Assembly: GCA_013152755.1 (NCBI GenBank)
Contig: JAADFR010000097.1
Location: 1,316-65,315 of the forward strand
Direction of reading: 5' to 3'
Source: Alphaproteobacteria bacterium
GTDB lineage: Bacteria; Pseudomonadota; Alphaproteobacteria; Sphingomonadales; Emcibacteraceae
Length of the DNA stretch: 64,000 nucleotides
Shown: positions 37,210 to 46,827 of the stretch, in pieces
Layout of the letters: each line of letters begins with the position of its first letter
Numbering within the stretch: position 1 is the first letter of the stretch
Notes under the pieces: model-generated
Told to the model about the DNA's origin: nothing
Database searches by the model: none
The model's input: the letters and a program-made list of their open reading frames with translations, nothing else
Made by a program: the position numbers and the translations under genes

Positions 37210-39753
37210 TTAGAATTTTACCTTGCCAATAATTCTAAATTCACGCCCCGCACCCGGCAGCGCAGCGACTTCTTCAAACACGCCCTGAAGCGGTGTGAAA
37301 TATCTTTCGTTAAAGATATTGGACACCGTTGCCGTAATGTTGAACCGTCCGATATCTACAAATGCAGCCGCCCGGAAATTCCAATAAGATGGAAAGACAA
37401 TGGCATTGTTGATTTTACCACTTGTTTGTGAAACATATGTCCCACCAAATGTACCACCGTAAACCACTTCTGCATCCTGATCAGACGTATATGTAACAAA
37501 TGAAGAATAAAGCTCATCAGGGAGGGAACTACGTTTATAGCCTTCCTGCAACTCAGGCAGGCAACTGGCATTCAAGGCTGCGAAAATGCCGCCAAAGCTT
37601 TGCTGCGGTGTCAAGCCAACAACGGAACCTGGAATATTTACAAATTCCCCGCGTCCGCTAAAGCATACCCCCGGTGACAGAACCTGAATATCCTGAAATG
37701 TCGCCGCCCCGGTCAATGTCCAATGGTCATCAATGATATAACGCAGCTCAATTTCAACGCCTTTGCTATTCTCACCATCAACATTCCCGAACGGATCAAT
37801 GATGGCACGTTTCTGTTCATAATATGCGACAGAGCCGTTCAAACGCTGTTCCAGCAGGGAAAACTTCACACCGGCCTCAATCAATTGGGAATTCGCGAGG
37901 ATACTGCCCCCACGGATCGTTCCCGGGCTAATACCCCCATTTGAGTTTTCAAGAATATTGGCCCCCTGAGCATAAGTGAAATAGGGCGCGATACCCACCG
38001 GGAACATATAGCTGACACTTGCAGAATATGAAAAGTCACCTTCATTTGAGGTAAATTCCGTATTGGAAAGCGATGGATCGAAAACGGTGGCTCCGGTGTC
38101 AATGGACCGTGCAGAATAGTTATCATAACGGCCATTCAGCAGCACAGAAAGCCTATCACCCAGGCGGATATCTGCGACAAGTGCCACGCCGGTATCTTTA
38201 TACTGGGAATTAAAATTACTATCCCAGCCAATACCAATTCCGCCAGGTTCCTGCGTGAAGGGGGTATCGAAAATATCACTTCCCGTTGCACCAAATATCA
38301 GGTCACGGCGATCCAGAACCAGATAACCGGAGAGAAAATTCTCCCTTAATTCAGAATTATAAACCTTGTGTGAGGCGGTGGCATAGAAATCAACATAGGA
38401 ACTATCGCTGAATTTGACAGAGAAGTCATACGAAACACGCGCTTCCATTGTATTGACCTGATGATCCGCCGCAAAGCCGGTACTCAACCCTATTCGGGCA
38501 TCAAGTTTATCGTAAAAGACCTGAAATTTTAGCTCAGAATCATCAAATTCTTTAACCAGATCAAAATATAGAGTGATATTCTCGGAATCTTCTATTTCAT
38601 CATTTTTTGACAGAAAAACCGTTCGGGGGTCAAGTTTTGCCACCCCAACACCTTCATCAAGGCCATAAGCCGGCGCAACACCAAAAAATCCAAAATCGAT
38701 CAGGGTGCGAATATTGGAGGTGCCAAAGAATGTCCCCACCGCCGCGTCAACCTCATTTGGGGTCAGGCGACCATTGCCATCAGTATCAGTCAGGTCCGTA
38801 TCCCGGCCCGTAATATAATTGCCATTATCAATCAAATCCTGGGTCAGGCGGTTCCAGCCCGGCGTTTGATAATAACCTGATGACTTATAATACATGCCAC
38901 CGAACTCAACTTTCATGCTTTCATTCAATTCATGGGTTAAATTGATTTGCACCAGTTTATGTGTGGGCTCACGATTGATATAATAACTTTTGGAATCTTC
39001 ATATTCCGCATAGACAGAAACACTGGTTTCTCTCCCAGCCAGCAAAAATGGCAGGTTTAATTCACCGGATATATTGGTTTTATTGTAACTTCCCAAAGTT
39101 AGTTTCACATTGCCGGAGGGTCCATCATCGGATGTCATGCCCTCACCACTTGCGGTCTTTGGTACAAAATTCAACAAGCCGCCAATGCGGCCCGCCCCAA
39201 AAATTGCGGGCGTTGGACCACGGATAATCTCCACCCTTTCACTAGCGCCAATCGGGGTAGGGAAAAATCCATTATTCACAACCCTCTTAAAGCCGCGAAA
39301 GTAATTTTCCGCTCTGGAACCACGGATGCTGATCGATCCCGGAATGCCAAAAAAACTTCCGCCGAATGTACCAGGTGTTGTGGTGACGAAATCATCTATA
39401 TCCTCAATGGAATAACGCTCCATCGTTGCCGCGCTTATCACGCTGATGGAACGGGGCGTCTCAAGAATGGATCGCTTTAGACCAAATACAGATTCTGTAG
39501 GGCGATTTTCCAGCAGGCCCACAGGGTCTGCCACAACCACTATATCTTCCAAATGGTCAACATCCTCTTGGGCCATTCGATTATCCGTCTCCTGTGCGAT
39601 TGCCTGCTGTGAAAACAATATCTGAAACGCTACGCCAGCCAGAATTATACCAGAGGCGGGTTTATGTAAAATACCTTTTTTGGAACCCGTACTGCCATTC
39701 TTCTGTTGAGAAATATCAGACTGAAACCCTGAATTTATATCGATTTTTTGCAT
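37210..39753 (-). CDS. TonB-dependent receptor
   Basis: 847 aa. Signal region ILAGVAFQILFSQQAIAQE, plug motifs (TPRSISVISAATMERY, VEIIRGPTPAIFGAGRIGGLLNFV), and a C-terminal barrel ending ...IIGKVKF. Confidence 0.9.
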   Translation of the reverse strand: MQKIDINSGFQSDISQQKNGSTGSKKGILHKPASGIILAGVAFQILFSQQAIAQETDNRMAQEDVDHLEDIVVVADPVGLLENRPTESVFGLKRSILETPRSISVISAATMERYSIEDIDDFVTTTPGTFGGSFFGIPGSISIRGSRAENYFRGFKRVVNNGFFPTPIGASERVEIIRGPTPAIFGAGRIGGLLNFVPKTASGEGMTSDDGPSGNVKLTLGSYNKTNISGELNLPFLLAGRETSVSVYAEYEDSKSYYINREPTHKLVQINLTHELNESMKVEFGGMYYKSSGYYQTPGWNRLTQDLIDNGNYITGRDTDLTDTDGNGRLTPNEVDAAVGTFFGTSNIRTLIDFGFFGVAPAYGLDEGVGVAKLDPRTVFLSKNDEIEDSENITLYFDLVKEFDDSELKFQVFYDKLDARIGLSTGFAADHQVNTMEARVSYDFSVKFSDSSYVDFYATASHKVYNSELRENFLSGYLVLDRRDLIFGATGSDIFDTPFTQEPGGIGIGWDSNFNSQYKDTGVALVADIRLGDRLSVLLNGRYDNYSARSIDTGATVFDPSLSNTEFTSNEGDFSYSASVSYMFPVGIAPYFTYAQGANILENSNGGISPGTIRGGSILANSQLIEAGVKFSLLEQRLNGSVAYYEQKRAIIDPFGNVDGENSKGVEIELRYIIDDHWTLTGAATFQDIQVLSPGVCFSGRGEFVNIPGSVVGLTPQQSFGGIFAALNASCLPELQEGYKRSSLPDELYSSFVTYTSDQDAEVVYGGTFGGTYVSQTSGKINNAIVFPSYWNFRAAAFVDIGRFNITATVSNIFNERYFTPLQGVFEEVAALPGAGREFRIIGKVKF

Positions 39754-39937
39754 CTGTTCTGCTCCCTGAATTTAAATGCTGTTATCATTTTTATTCTCAT
39801 GAACCCTATATGACTGCTTTAATACCAGTTCACACAAGCCGTACCCTTTAAGATTAAAATCATATGGTGTCATGGCACCTTAGGATTTCAATTTGATACC
39901 TTACAATTTGTTCTTTGCAGTATCTTCTAATTTATAA

Positions 39938-39949
39938 TTAAACGATTAA
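39938..39949. promoter_or_regulatory. Candidate LacI-type operator TTAAACGATTAA (site 1, upstream of the TonB-dependent receptor gene)
   Basis: One mismatch to the palindrome TTAAACGTTTAA. Intergenic, 185 nt upstream of the receptor start. Confidence 0.5.
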
Positions 39950-39983
39950 GCTTCAAACCAAACTAAGACGCACATATAGTAGC

Positions 39984-39995
39984 TTAAACGTTAAA
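39984..39995. promoter_or_regulatory. Candidate LacI-type operator TTAAACGTTAAA (site 2, upstream of the TonB-dependent receptor gene)
   Basis: One mismatch to TTAAACGTTTAA. Centre lies 46 bp from site 1. Confidence 0.5.
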
Positions 39996-40136
39996 GTTAT
40001 CATGTGAGAAAAAAAGTGATTTGTCAAGTATATGCGAATACAGACTAAAAAATGCACTTAAAAACCAAGTGCTGAGGGTATATATTCACCTTCTGAAAAA
40101 AATTATTTTAATCTCGGACAACATATAACAACCTTC

Positions 40137-41000
40137 TTATTCATGCCTGCCATAGGGGGAATCGTCATGATTCACATTGATGCTGACCGGCATCCAGTTG
40201 CTCACTTCAGCCGTAAAAATGCTTTGTTGTTGACCCGCATAATACACCGCATCTGCACCAAGCAATAAATGCAGCGGGGCCTTTTTCGCTTCAAGCACCA
40301 ACATAATAGCCTTGGCCGCCAGAGCAGGATTTCCCGCCTCCTCCCCCGCGCTATCGGCTATTAATTTTCGGGAAAGTCCGGAACTATCGCGATAATCATC
40401 AATTTCAATCGCCGTATGGCTCAGGGAGTTTGCCCGGTTAAAATTTGTCCTGAACGCCCCTGGCGCCACATTGGTTACGCGAATACCAAACCCGACAACT
40501 TCCTGTGCCAATGCTTTTCCAACCGCCTCCAAAGCATGTTTGCTGGCACAATAATACCCGATACCGGCCCATGCGGCAATCCCGCTGACCGATGTGATAT
40601 TAAATATACTGCCAGATTTTTTCTGACGCATATAGGGCAGAACAGCCTGCAATACGGCTACGGCGCCGAAAAAGTTGACCTCCATCTGTGACCGTATTTC
40701 AGACAGGCTCGCCTCCTCAATAGCCCCAACCAAACAATAGCCCGCATTATTGACAAGAACATCAATTGACCCGGTGATGCCTGCCGCTTCTGCCACAACA
40801 CGCTTTATGGCACCGTCATCCCGAACATCCAGAATTTTACCCGTCGCCTTCCCGGACCTCAACGCCTCAAAGGCCTCTTTATCAGCCTCGCACCTTACCG
40901 TTCCGACAACAGTATCACCTCTCTCAAGGGCGGCCACGGCTATGGCCCGCCCAAACCCGCTACTCACCCCTGTAATCAACCATGTTCTTTTACTCTTCAT
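40137..41000 (-). CDS. SDR-family oxidoreductase
   Basis: TGVSSGFGRA cofactor motif, NNAG, and catalytic YCASKHA (YxxxK). Confidence 0.9.
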   Translation of the reverse strand: MKSKRTWLITGVSSGFGRAIAVAALERGDTVVGTVRCEADKEAFEALRSGKATGKILDVRDDGAIKRVVAEAAGITGSIDVLVNNAGYCLVGAIEEASLSEIRSQMEVNFFGAVAVLQAVLPYMRQKKSGSIFNITSVSGIAAWAGIGYYCASKHALEAVGKALAQEVVGFGIRVTNVAPGAFRTNFNRANSLSHTAIEIDDYRDSSGLSRKLIADSAGEEAGNPALAAKAIMLVLEAKKAPLHLLLGADAVYYAGQQQSIFTAEVSNWMPVSINVNHDDSPYGRHE

Positions 41001-41044
41001 TTTTCATACCTCCAATTTCGCAACAGGCAGGAGAGTACGGCAAC

Positions 41045-41056
41045 ATAAACGTTTAA
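41045..41056. promoter_or_regulatory. Candidate LacI-type operator ATAAACGTTTAA (upstream of the SDR gene)
   Basis: Perfect 10-bp core TAAACGTTTA, about 45 nt upstream of the SDR start and between the MFS stop and the SDR start. Confidence 0.55.
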
Positions 41057-41073
41057 GCAAACAGTCAATATTT

Positions 41074-42357
41074 TTACCTGGTAGGAATATTTATATCTTC
41101 TGCGTTTAAGTCATTACTGTGCCTTGGCGGGCGCATTGCCACAACGACAAAGAAAAGAACCAGTAATATACCAGACAGCCCCCTGTATACCCATGCAAAT
41201 CCCCCAAGGCCGTCCCCGATAATACCAGCAACTGTCGGGCCAACCATGGCAGTCACTGTAAAGAAATTCATACTGCCAACAATTTCCGGGCTGGCCTTCA
41301 TCCCATAATAGTTCACCAGCAGCGCGACAGTCGCAAAAAAACACATCCCGAACCCGTAACCGTCGGCCAAAATAAAGACAATCCGGGCATAATAGTTATC
41401 GGCAAAAGACAAACCTATCATACCAATCGCATCCGCCGCAAGAGCCGACGCCAGCAACCATCTGGGGTCAATGTAATTGGCGAGGGAGCCGCCCAGCGCA
41501 CGGGACAAAGCATTCACGACTGCCTGCATACTGAGCACAATAGCGGCAACCGTTGCGGCAACACCCAGGGACGTCATATGCGTGAACGCCCAGCTATTCA
41601 TGGTAACACTGGACAGTAAAATCGCAGTAAGAGCAAGTACAATAATGTAATATTGCGGCGTCCTCAGGGCTTCTTTTAACGTCCAGTCCACAAGTGATTT
41701 ATGCACCCGGCTCTTTTTTTGTTGGGAATTTTTTTTCACTTTTTTAAGTTTTTCAGCGACTTGTGGAACCACATCTTTAAAAAAAATAAGACCAAGTATG
41801 GTTAGGGTAAACATCGATACTGCGATAATCCACCAATAGGCCTGCCATGTCCCTGTATAACGCACGACACCGGTTACGACAAAGGGTGCCGCAACACCGC
41901 CCATGCCGCCAATCATCATAAAAATACCCATAGCAAAAGAATGTTTGTCCGGTATCCAGTTATTGAGAAAATATACAGCGGGTACCGAGGCGCAGTGGCT
42001 ATAGCCAAATCCAATAAACGCCGCCCCAATATAAAATTGCGTCAGACCGGTTGTGGTCGCCATTAATGATGTCCCCCCAATGACCATCACCCCGCCCAGG
42101 GCATATGTCGCCTTCAGGCCCACTCTCCGCAAGAGATAAGCCGGAATAGGCGCCGACAAACCGACCATGAGTGCCAACAGGGAAAACCCGATCCCTGCCT
42201 GCATACGAGTCCAGCCCATTTCCTTAATCATATAGGGTAAAATAACCCCAAGTGACGTAAAAGATGCTGCCGTAATGAGAAAGAAAATCAGGCTTATCAA
42301 GACAAACATAAACCATCTTCGCCTGTGAAAAGCGGCAATTTCCTGTTGATTATCCAT
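41074..42357 (-). CDS. MFS transporter
   Basis: 427 aa with about 12 TM helices and a central K-rich loop (AEKLKKVKKNSQQKKSR), as in the MFS topology. Confidence 0.85.
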   Translation of the reverse strand: MDNQQEIAAFHRRRWFMFVLISLIFFLITAASFTSLGVILPYMIKEMGWTRMQAGIGFSLLALMVGLSAPIPAYLLRRVGLKATYALGGVMVIGGTSLMATTTGLTQFYIGAAFIGFGYSHCASVPAVYFLNNWIPDKHSFAMGIFMMIGGMGGVAAPFVVTGVVRYTGTWQAYWWIIAVSMFTLTILGLIFFKDVVPQVAEKLKKVKKNSQQKKSRVHKSLVDWTLKEALRTPQYYIIVLALTAILLSSVTMNSWAFTHMTSLGVAATVAAIVLSMQAVVNALSRALGGSLANYIDPRWLLASALAADAIGMIGLSFADNYYARIVFILADGYGFGMCFFATVALLVNYYGMKASPEIVGSMNFFTVTAMVGPTVAGIIGDGLGGFAWVYRGLSGILLVLFFVVVAMRPPRHSNDLNAEDINIPTR

Positions 42358-42540
42358 GTCGTAAAACCATTAGCATATCCTAATTCTGGTTAGTTATATA
42401 TCTTCCCACCGCGCCGTTGGCACGCCTGTCTATACCCTGAATATATGCCCTGAATAATGTCCGTTACTGACTTATTGAATAAAGCCTTTAGATAATATTA
42501 TAGTATGATGTTTAAGTTTAAAACAATATTTACATTTACG

Positions 42541-43581
42541 TTATGTGCTTTCCAACCCGGTTTCGTTGTCAACAGTCTCGATCATACGCACAGACTGCCG
42601 TATAACAATATCCACGTCCAGAACGACGCTTTTCTTTGAGGCTTCGGGATTCTCTATACGCCGCATCAACAGGTTGACAGCCTCCTTGCCCAATTCAGAC
42701 AAAGGTTGCTTTATCGTTGTAAGAGGTGGCTGCACAATGTCACTCCAGGGTATATCATCAAAGCCAACGATCGATATGGTTTCAGGCACCTTTATTTTAT
42801 TTTGATTTAATATCTTGATCGCTGCAATGGCAATCATATCATTGGCGGCAACGACAACAGACACATCCTGCTGCAATAATCTCGCACGTGTTTCATCCCC
42901 CAATTCCATCGAAAAGGAATTTTCCACTTCCCAAACAACCTCTGCACTGTTGCCCAATTCATCCAGAAAACCCCGCCGGCGCTGTGCGGCACTTTCAAAT
43001 GACTGCGGACCGGAAATCAACCCTATTTTACAATGACCCTCTGACAATATATGCTGCGCGAGCAGTTTACCCCCCTTTATATAATCGGAGTAGACATTAT
43101 CATAATTGGGCAGCGGCCGGTCAATAACCACAACAGGTGTATCTGCCGAATATTCCTTAAAATAATCCATGTCCGAAGAGGGACACCAGACAATCCCCTC
43201 CACACCATATTGTATAAGTTTAAATATACCCTCCGCTTCTGCGGTTTGAGATTCTTGCGTATCAACCAGAAAGACAGCTAAATCATTACTTCTCGCGGCA
43301 TTTTCCACAGACTGCGCCAGTTCGGGGAAAAAAGGATTCCTGAGATCGGGCAATATCATACCTATGGTTTTTGTACGGCCTGTACGCATCGCCTGCGCAG
43401 ATAAATTAGGCACATAACCCCGAAGCTTGATGGCGCTTTTGACCTGTTTTCTTACCTGATCACTCACAGAGCCGGTATTATTCAAAACATATGATACCGT
43501 TGCCACTGAAACACCAGCCTCCCGAGCAACATCACGAAGTGTCGCCTTTCCTGAAAATTTTCTGGATTTGCTGCGGCTCAC
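42541..43581 (-). CDS. LacI-family transcriptional regulator
   Basis: N-terminal HTH ATLRDVAREAGVSVATVSYVLNN and YVPNLSAQAMRTGRTKTIG. C-terminal periplasmic-binding-protein-like sugar-binding fold (IVGFDDIPW). Confidence 0.92.
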   Translation of the reverse strand: MSRSKSRKFSGKATLRDVAREAGVSVATVSYVLNNTGSVSDQVRKQVKSAIKLRGYVPNLSAQAMRTGRTKTIGMILPDLRNPFFPELAQSVENAARSNDLAVFLVDTQESQTAEAEGIFKLIQYGVEGIVWCPSSDMDYFKEYSADTPVVVIDRPLPNYDNVYSDYIKGGKLLAQHILSEGHCKIGLISGPQSFESAAQRRRGFLDELGNSAEVVWEVENSFSMELGDETRARLLQQDVSVVVAANDMIAIAAIKILNQNKIKVPETISIVGFDDIPWSDIVQPPLTTIKQPLSELGKEAVNLLMRRIENPEASKKSVVLDVDIVIRQSVRMIETVDNETGLEST

Positions 43582-43778
43582 AATTTTTTCTCCAATTTAA
43601 TTCTTATGTGGCAGTCGTCATTGACTATAATTACAATAAATTCAGTAAACAACAAAGGATTGCCACTTACGCTCCGGATTCTGTTGATAATTATTAATAG
43701 TTATAATCATGCATTCCTACCATACCATCTATTCTCGAAACGTGACCACTATACTTACTATAAGATATTCATATTGAC

Positions 43779-43790
43779 TTAAACGATTAA
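43779..43790. promoter_or_regulatory. Candidate LacI-type operator TTAAACGATTAA (divergent LacI/ribokinase region)
   Basis: One mismatch to TTAAACGTTTAA. It abuts a TTGACT hexamer (43774-43779), 51 nt upstream of the ribokinase ORF start. Confidence 0.55.
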
Positions 43791-43840
43791 CCTATATAAG
43801 TATAATACATTAAAGAAAATAAAACAGATATATTTTTTTA

Positions 43841-44821
43841 TTGATCAAATATTACAAAGGCATTGAATTGGCACAAGAACGACAATTAGAAGATCAGGAT
43901 AAATACATAACTGTAGTGGGCAGCATCAATGCCGATATCACCACATATGTTCGTGACTTTCCGTCTAGAAACCAGACGGTCCTCGCCCGAAATGCCTCAC
44001 TAACCGTGGGGGGCAAAGGGCTTAATCAGGCCGTGGCTGCCAAAATAGCCGGTGGAGAAATTAATTTCATCGCGGCAATTGGACATGACGCTTTTGGCGA
44101 TATGGCACAAAGCTACCTCACACAGAATAAAATAAATACACAATATGTTAAAATAATTGACGGTGTAGCATCAGGAATAGCGAGCATAGTCGTTTCTGAA
44201 AAAGGGGACAATATGATTGTGGTCGCAACAGGGGCTAATGATCATCTTAACCCCAATGACATTATGGCCCATAAAGCCATTATACAATCCGGACGCATAG
44301 TTATCGTACAGATGGAAATCCCTTTGGAAACTGTTCGAACTGTCCTTTTGCTCGCGCATGAAGCGGGGGTTACGTCTATTTTAAATCCGGCCCCGGGATC
44401 TCTTGCCGCCAGAGAACTTCTGAAGTTAGCAGATTTCATCACACCAAACGAAACGGAAACAGATGAAATTGTCGGGATTTATCCACAAGACGCGCAATCG
44501 GCCCGGCTTGCCTGTGAAAAATTACGCCAGCATGGCTCTAAAAATATTATTATTACAATGGGCAAGGAAGGCTATTACATTGCCATAAATGGTCAGGAAT
44601 CTCTGGAGAATCCTTTTCCGGTTGACGCCATCGACCCAACCGGCGCTGGCGATGTCTTTAATGGCGTATTGGCCTCTGCGTTGGCAAGGGGCATGGGCGC
44701 CTTCCCGTCTGCACATTACGCGGCAGCCGCCGCCGCTCTTTCCGTAATGAAGCCCGGCGCACAGGAAGCCGCACCGTCGTGGACGGAAATAGAAAAATTT
44801 ATTCAGGATTACACTCAATAA
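43841..44821 (+). CDS. rbsK: Ribokinase (PfkB family)
   Basis: VVGSINADI, GGKGLNQAVAA and DPTGAGDVFNG are ribokinase/PfkB signatures. The start is uncertain: TTG at 43841 has no SD, while TTG at 43868 follows AAAGG. Confidence 0.8.
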   Translation: MIKYYKGIELAQERQLEDQDKYITVVGSINADITTYVRDFPSRNQTVLARNASLTVGGKGLNQAVAAKIAGGEINFIAAIGHDAFGDMAQSYLTQNKINTQYVKIIDGVASGIASIVVSEKGDNMIVVATGANDHLNPNDIMAHKAIIQSGRIVIVQMEIPLETVRTVLLLAHEAGVTSILNPAPGSLAARELLKLADFITPNETETDEIVGIYPQDAQSARLACEKLRQHGSKNIIITMGKEGYYIAINGQESLENPFPVDAIDPTGAGDVFNGVLASALARGMGAFPSAHYAAAAAALSVMKPGAQEAAPSWTEIEKFIQDYTQ

Positions 44822-45006
44822 TAAAGATTAGCATCAGGGCCATACACATAGATGGCACAACCATAGGCGGAATTACGCCATAACCGGAACAGGGTTAAAG
44901 AAAGGGGAAAAATGAAAATTCCAATAATCGCTTTCACATATAACCACTTGGATATTTCTAATCATACACAAGATGGGCCTGGCCCATCTTTCAAAGGAGT
45001 GAGATA

Positions 45007-46290
45007 ATGTGGCATAAAATATTTACCCGGCCCCATGGTGTAGTATTATCCTCAACAATCGGAATTTCGGTGGGCATCACCTCAACCATTGCCACTGTTT
45101 TCGGCATGTTTCTCATTCCCATATCTGAAGAATTCGGATTGCCCCGAAGCAGTATTTCAGCTGTATATCCAATCCTGGCCGTTACCAGTGCTCTTATTTA
45201 TCCGGTCATTGGCCGTTGGGCTGACCAGTTCGGCTCACGGATAGTAATTCTTATCGGAACCATATTGTTTGCCGCCTCGATTGCGACAGTTTCAATTGTC
45301 CAGGGGCTGGTACAATTCTATCTTATATTTGCCATGATTGGCTTAACCGGATCAGTCCTTGGCCCCATTTTATTCACGAAAGTCATCGCGGGCTGGTTTA
45401 ATAAGAACCGGGGATTTTATCTGGGCATGGTCAGCGGTGTCGGCAATGGCACGGGTAGCACTGTTATGCCACTGATTGTCGTTATTTTGTTGGCCAGCTT
45501 TGGCTGGCGCGGAACTTTTCAAAGCATCAGCCTCATTATTCTATTGTTTGGTCTGCCCTTTCTTATTTTCTTTTTCCGTGACCCGCCCAAAACGCCAATT
45601 CCGGTCGAGGAAGATGATTTTCATGTATTGTCAGATAATATATCAGATGTAAAAAATGTCACTTTTCAGGATGCCCGAAAAACCAAAGAATTCTGGATGG
45701 TGCTCATCGCCATACCCCTATGCGCCGGCTGTATGATGGCCGCCTTTACACATATTGTCCCCATTCTTCTTGACCGGGGCATGCCCCTTGGAAAGGCGAC
45801 TACAGTTTTATCCACCTTTGCGCTTGTCACCATTGCGGGGCAGATTTTTGCCGGTTCGCTACTGGACCGAACAAACAACCCCAGAATAGTTACCCCCTTG
45901 TTTGCAATCGCCGTAATTGGCGTATTCCTGCTCTATATTTCCACATCCTATACAGGATTGTTATTATCAGCCTCCCTGATGGGAATCGGGCTTGGTACTG
46001 AATTCGGATTATTACCCTATTCCATATCACGCTATTTTGGCTTGAAATCATATGGTGTCATATCTGGCGTTATGTATAGCGTGGTGGCCATAACCACAGG
46101 TTTTCTGCCCATGCTGATGGATGTGGTTTTTGATATATTTGGCAGCTATGACTATGCCACCATTGGCTTGATGGTGGGCCTGTTTATCGGAACAATTATT
46201 ATCGCACGCCTTCCCCCCTACCATATTGAAAAAACAGCAGAAAAGGTAGTTAAGGATCAGCCTGAGCCGGTGGTTTCAGAAGGATTATGA
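45007..46290 (+). CDS. MFS transporter
   Basis: ATG after AAAGGAG. 427 aa with about 12 TM helices and a central cytoplasmic loop. Confidence 0.85.
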   Translation: MWHKIFTRPHGVVLSSTIGISVGITSTIATVFGMFLIPISEEFGLPRSSISAVYPILAVTSALIYPVIGRWADQFGSRIVILIGTILFAASIATVSIVQGLVQFYLIFAMIGLTGSVLGPILFTKVIAGWFNKNRGFYLGMVSGVGNGTGSTVMPLIVVILLASFGWRGTFQSISLIILLFGLPFLIFFFRDPPKTPIPVEEDDFHVLSDNISDVKNVTFQDARKTKEFWMVLIAIPLCAGCMMAAFTHIVPILLDRGMPLGKATTVLSTFALVTIAGQIFAGSLLDRTNNPRIVTPLFAIAVIGVFLLYISTSYTGLLLSASLMGIGLGTEFGLLPYSISRYFGLKSYGVISGVMYSVVAITTGFLPMLMDVVFDIFGSYDYATIGLMVGLFIGTIIIARLPPYHIEKTAEKVVKDQPEPVVSEGL

Positions 46291-46761
46291 TAAGGATTTA
46301 TACTGACTGTCATGAAATATCAAAGGGTCCGCCGGTTTACAATTAAAATCCAGAACCTGACCAACAATAATAATATGGTCTCCCCCCTCGTGGCGGCATT
46401 CCACCCTACACTGGAAACAGGAGATATATGATTTCAACAGGGGTAAGTCTGCCAGACCAGAATCATACGGAATGGTTGCGAAATTATCTTCATTTGGCAT
46501 TGCAAAATGATTGGATAAATCCTGCTGATCCTGTCTTAACACATGAATAGCAAAATTGGGCACTTGATTAAAGACATCAAAAAAAATTGAATCTTTAGCG
46601 ATGCTCCACAAAACCAGTGCCGGTGCGAGAGATACTGATGCAAAACTATTTATGGTCATGCCTACAGGCTGTCCTTTATCACATGTTGTACTCACGACCA
46701 CAATGCCGGTTGCATAGGAAGAAAGTGCTTTTCTCAATTCTGCAGAATTAATATCGCCCAT
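46285..46761 (-). CDS. Flavin reductase family protein (HpaC/RutF-like)
   Basis: LRKALSSYATGIVVVST...GMTINSFASVSLAPALVLWSI is the flavin-reductase-like domain signature. Its 3' end overlaps the convergent MFS gene by 6 nt. Confidence 0.85.
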   Translation of the reverse strand: MGDINSAELRKALSSYATGIVVVSTTCDKGQPVGMTINSFASVSLAPALVLWSIAKDSIFFDVFNQVPNFAIHVLRQDQQDLSNHFAMPNEDNFATIPYDSGLADLPLLKSYISCFQCRVECRHEGGDHIIIVGQVLDFNCKPADPLIFHDSQYKSLS

Positions 46762-46827
46762 TTATTATACCTTTCAAAAATATTTGTTTTTACCCTATAA
46801 TTACCATCAAAGCATGTGGAGAAAAGA

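Noticed and set aside
36713-37431. Three ORFs of 63 to 128 aa in the gap downstream of the TonB-dependent receptor gene
   Set aside because: They overlap each other or the receptor 3' end, and one runs through a strong hairpin. None has an SD or recognisable motifs.
39774-39800. A possible Fur box (AAATGCTGTTATCATTTTTATTCTC) just upstream of the TonB-dependent receptor start
   Set aside because: Only the ATGATAA core matches, roughly 10 of 19 positions to GATAATGATAATCATTATC by my alignment. That is too weak to call iron regulation.
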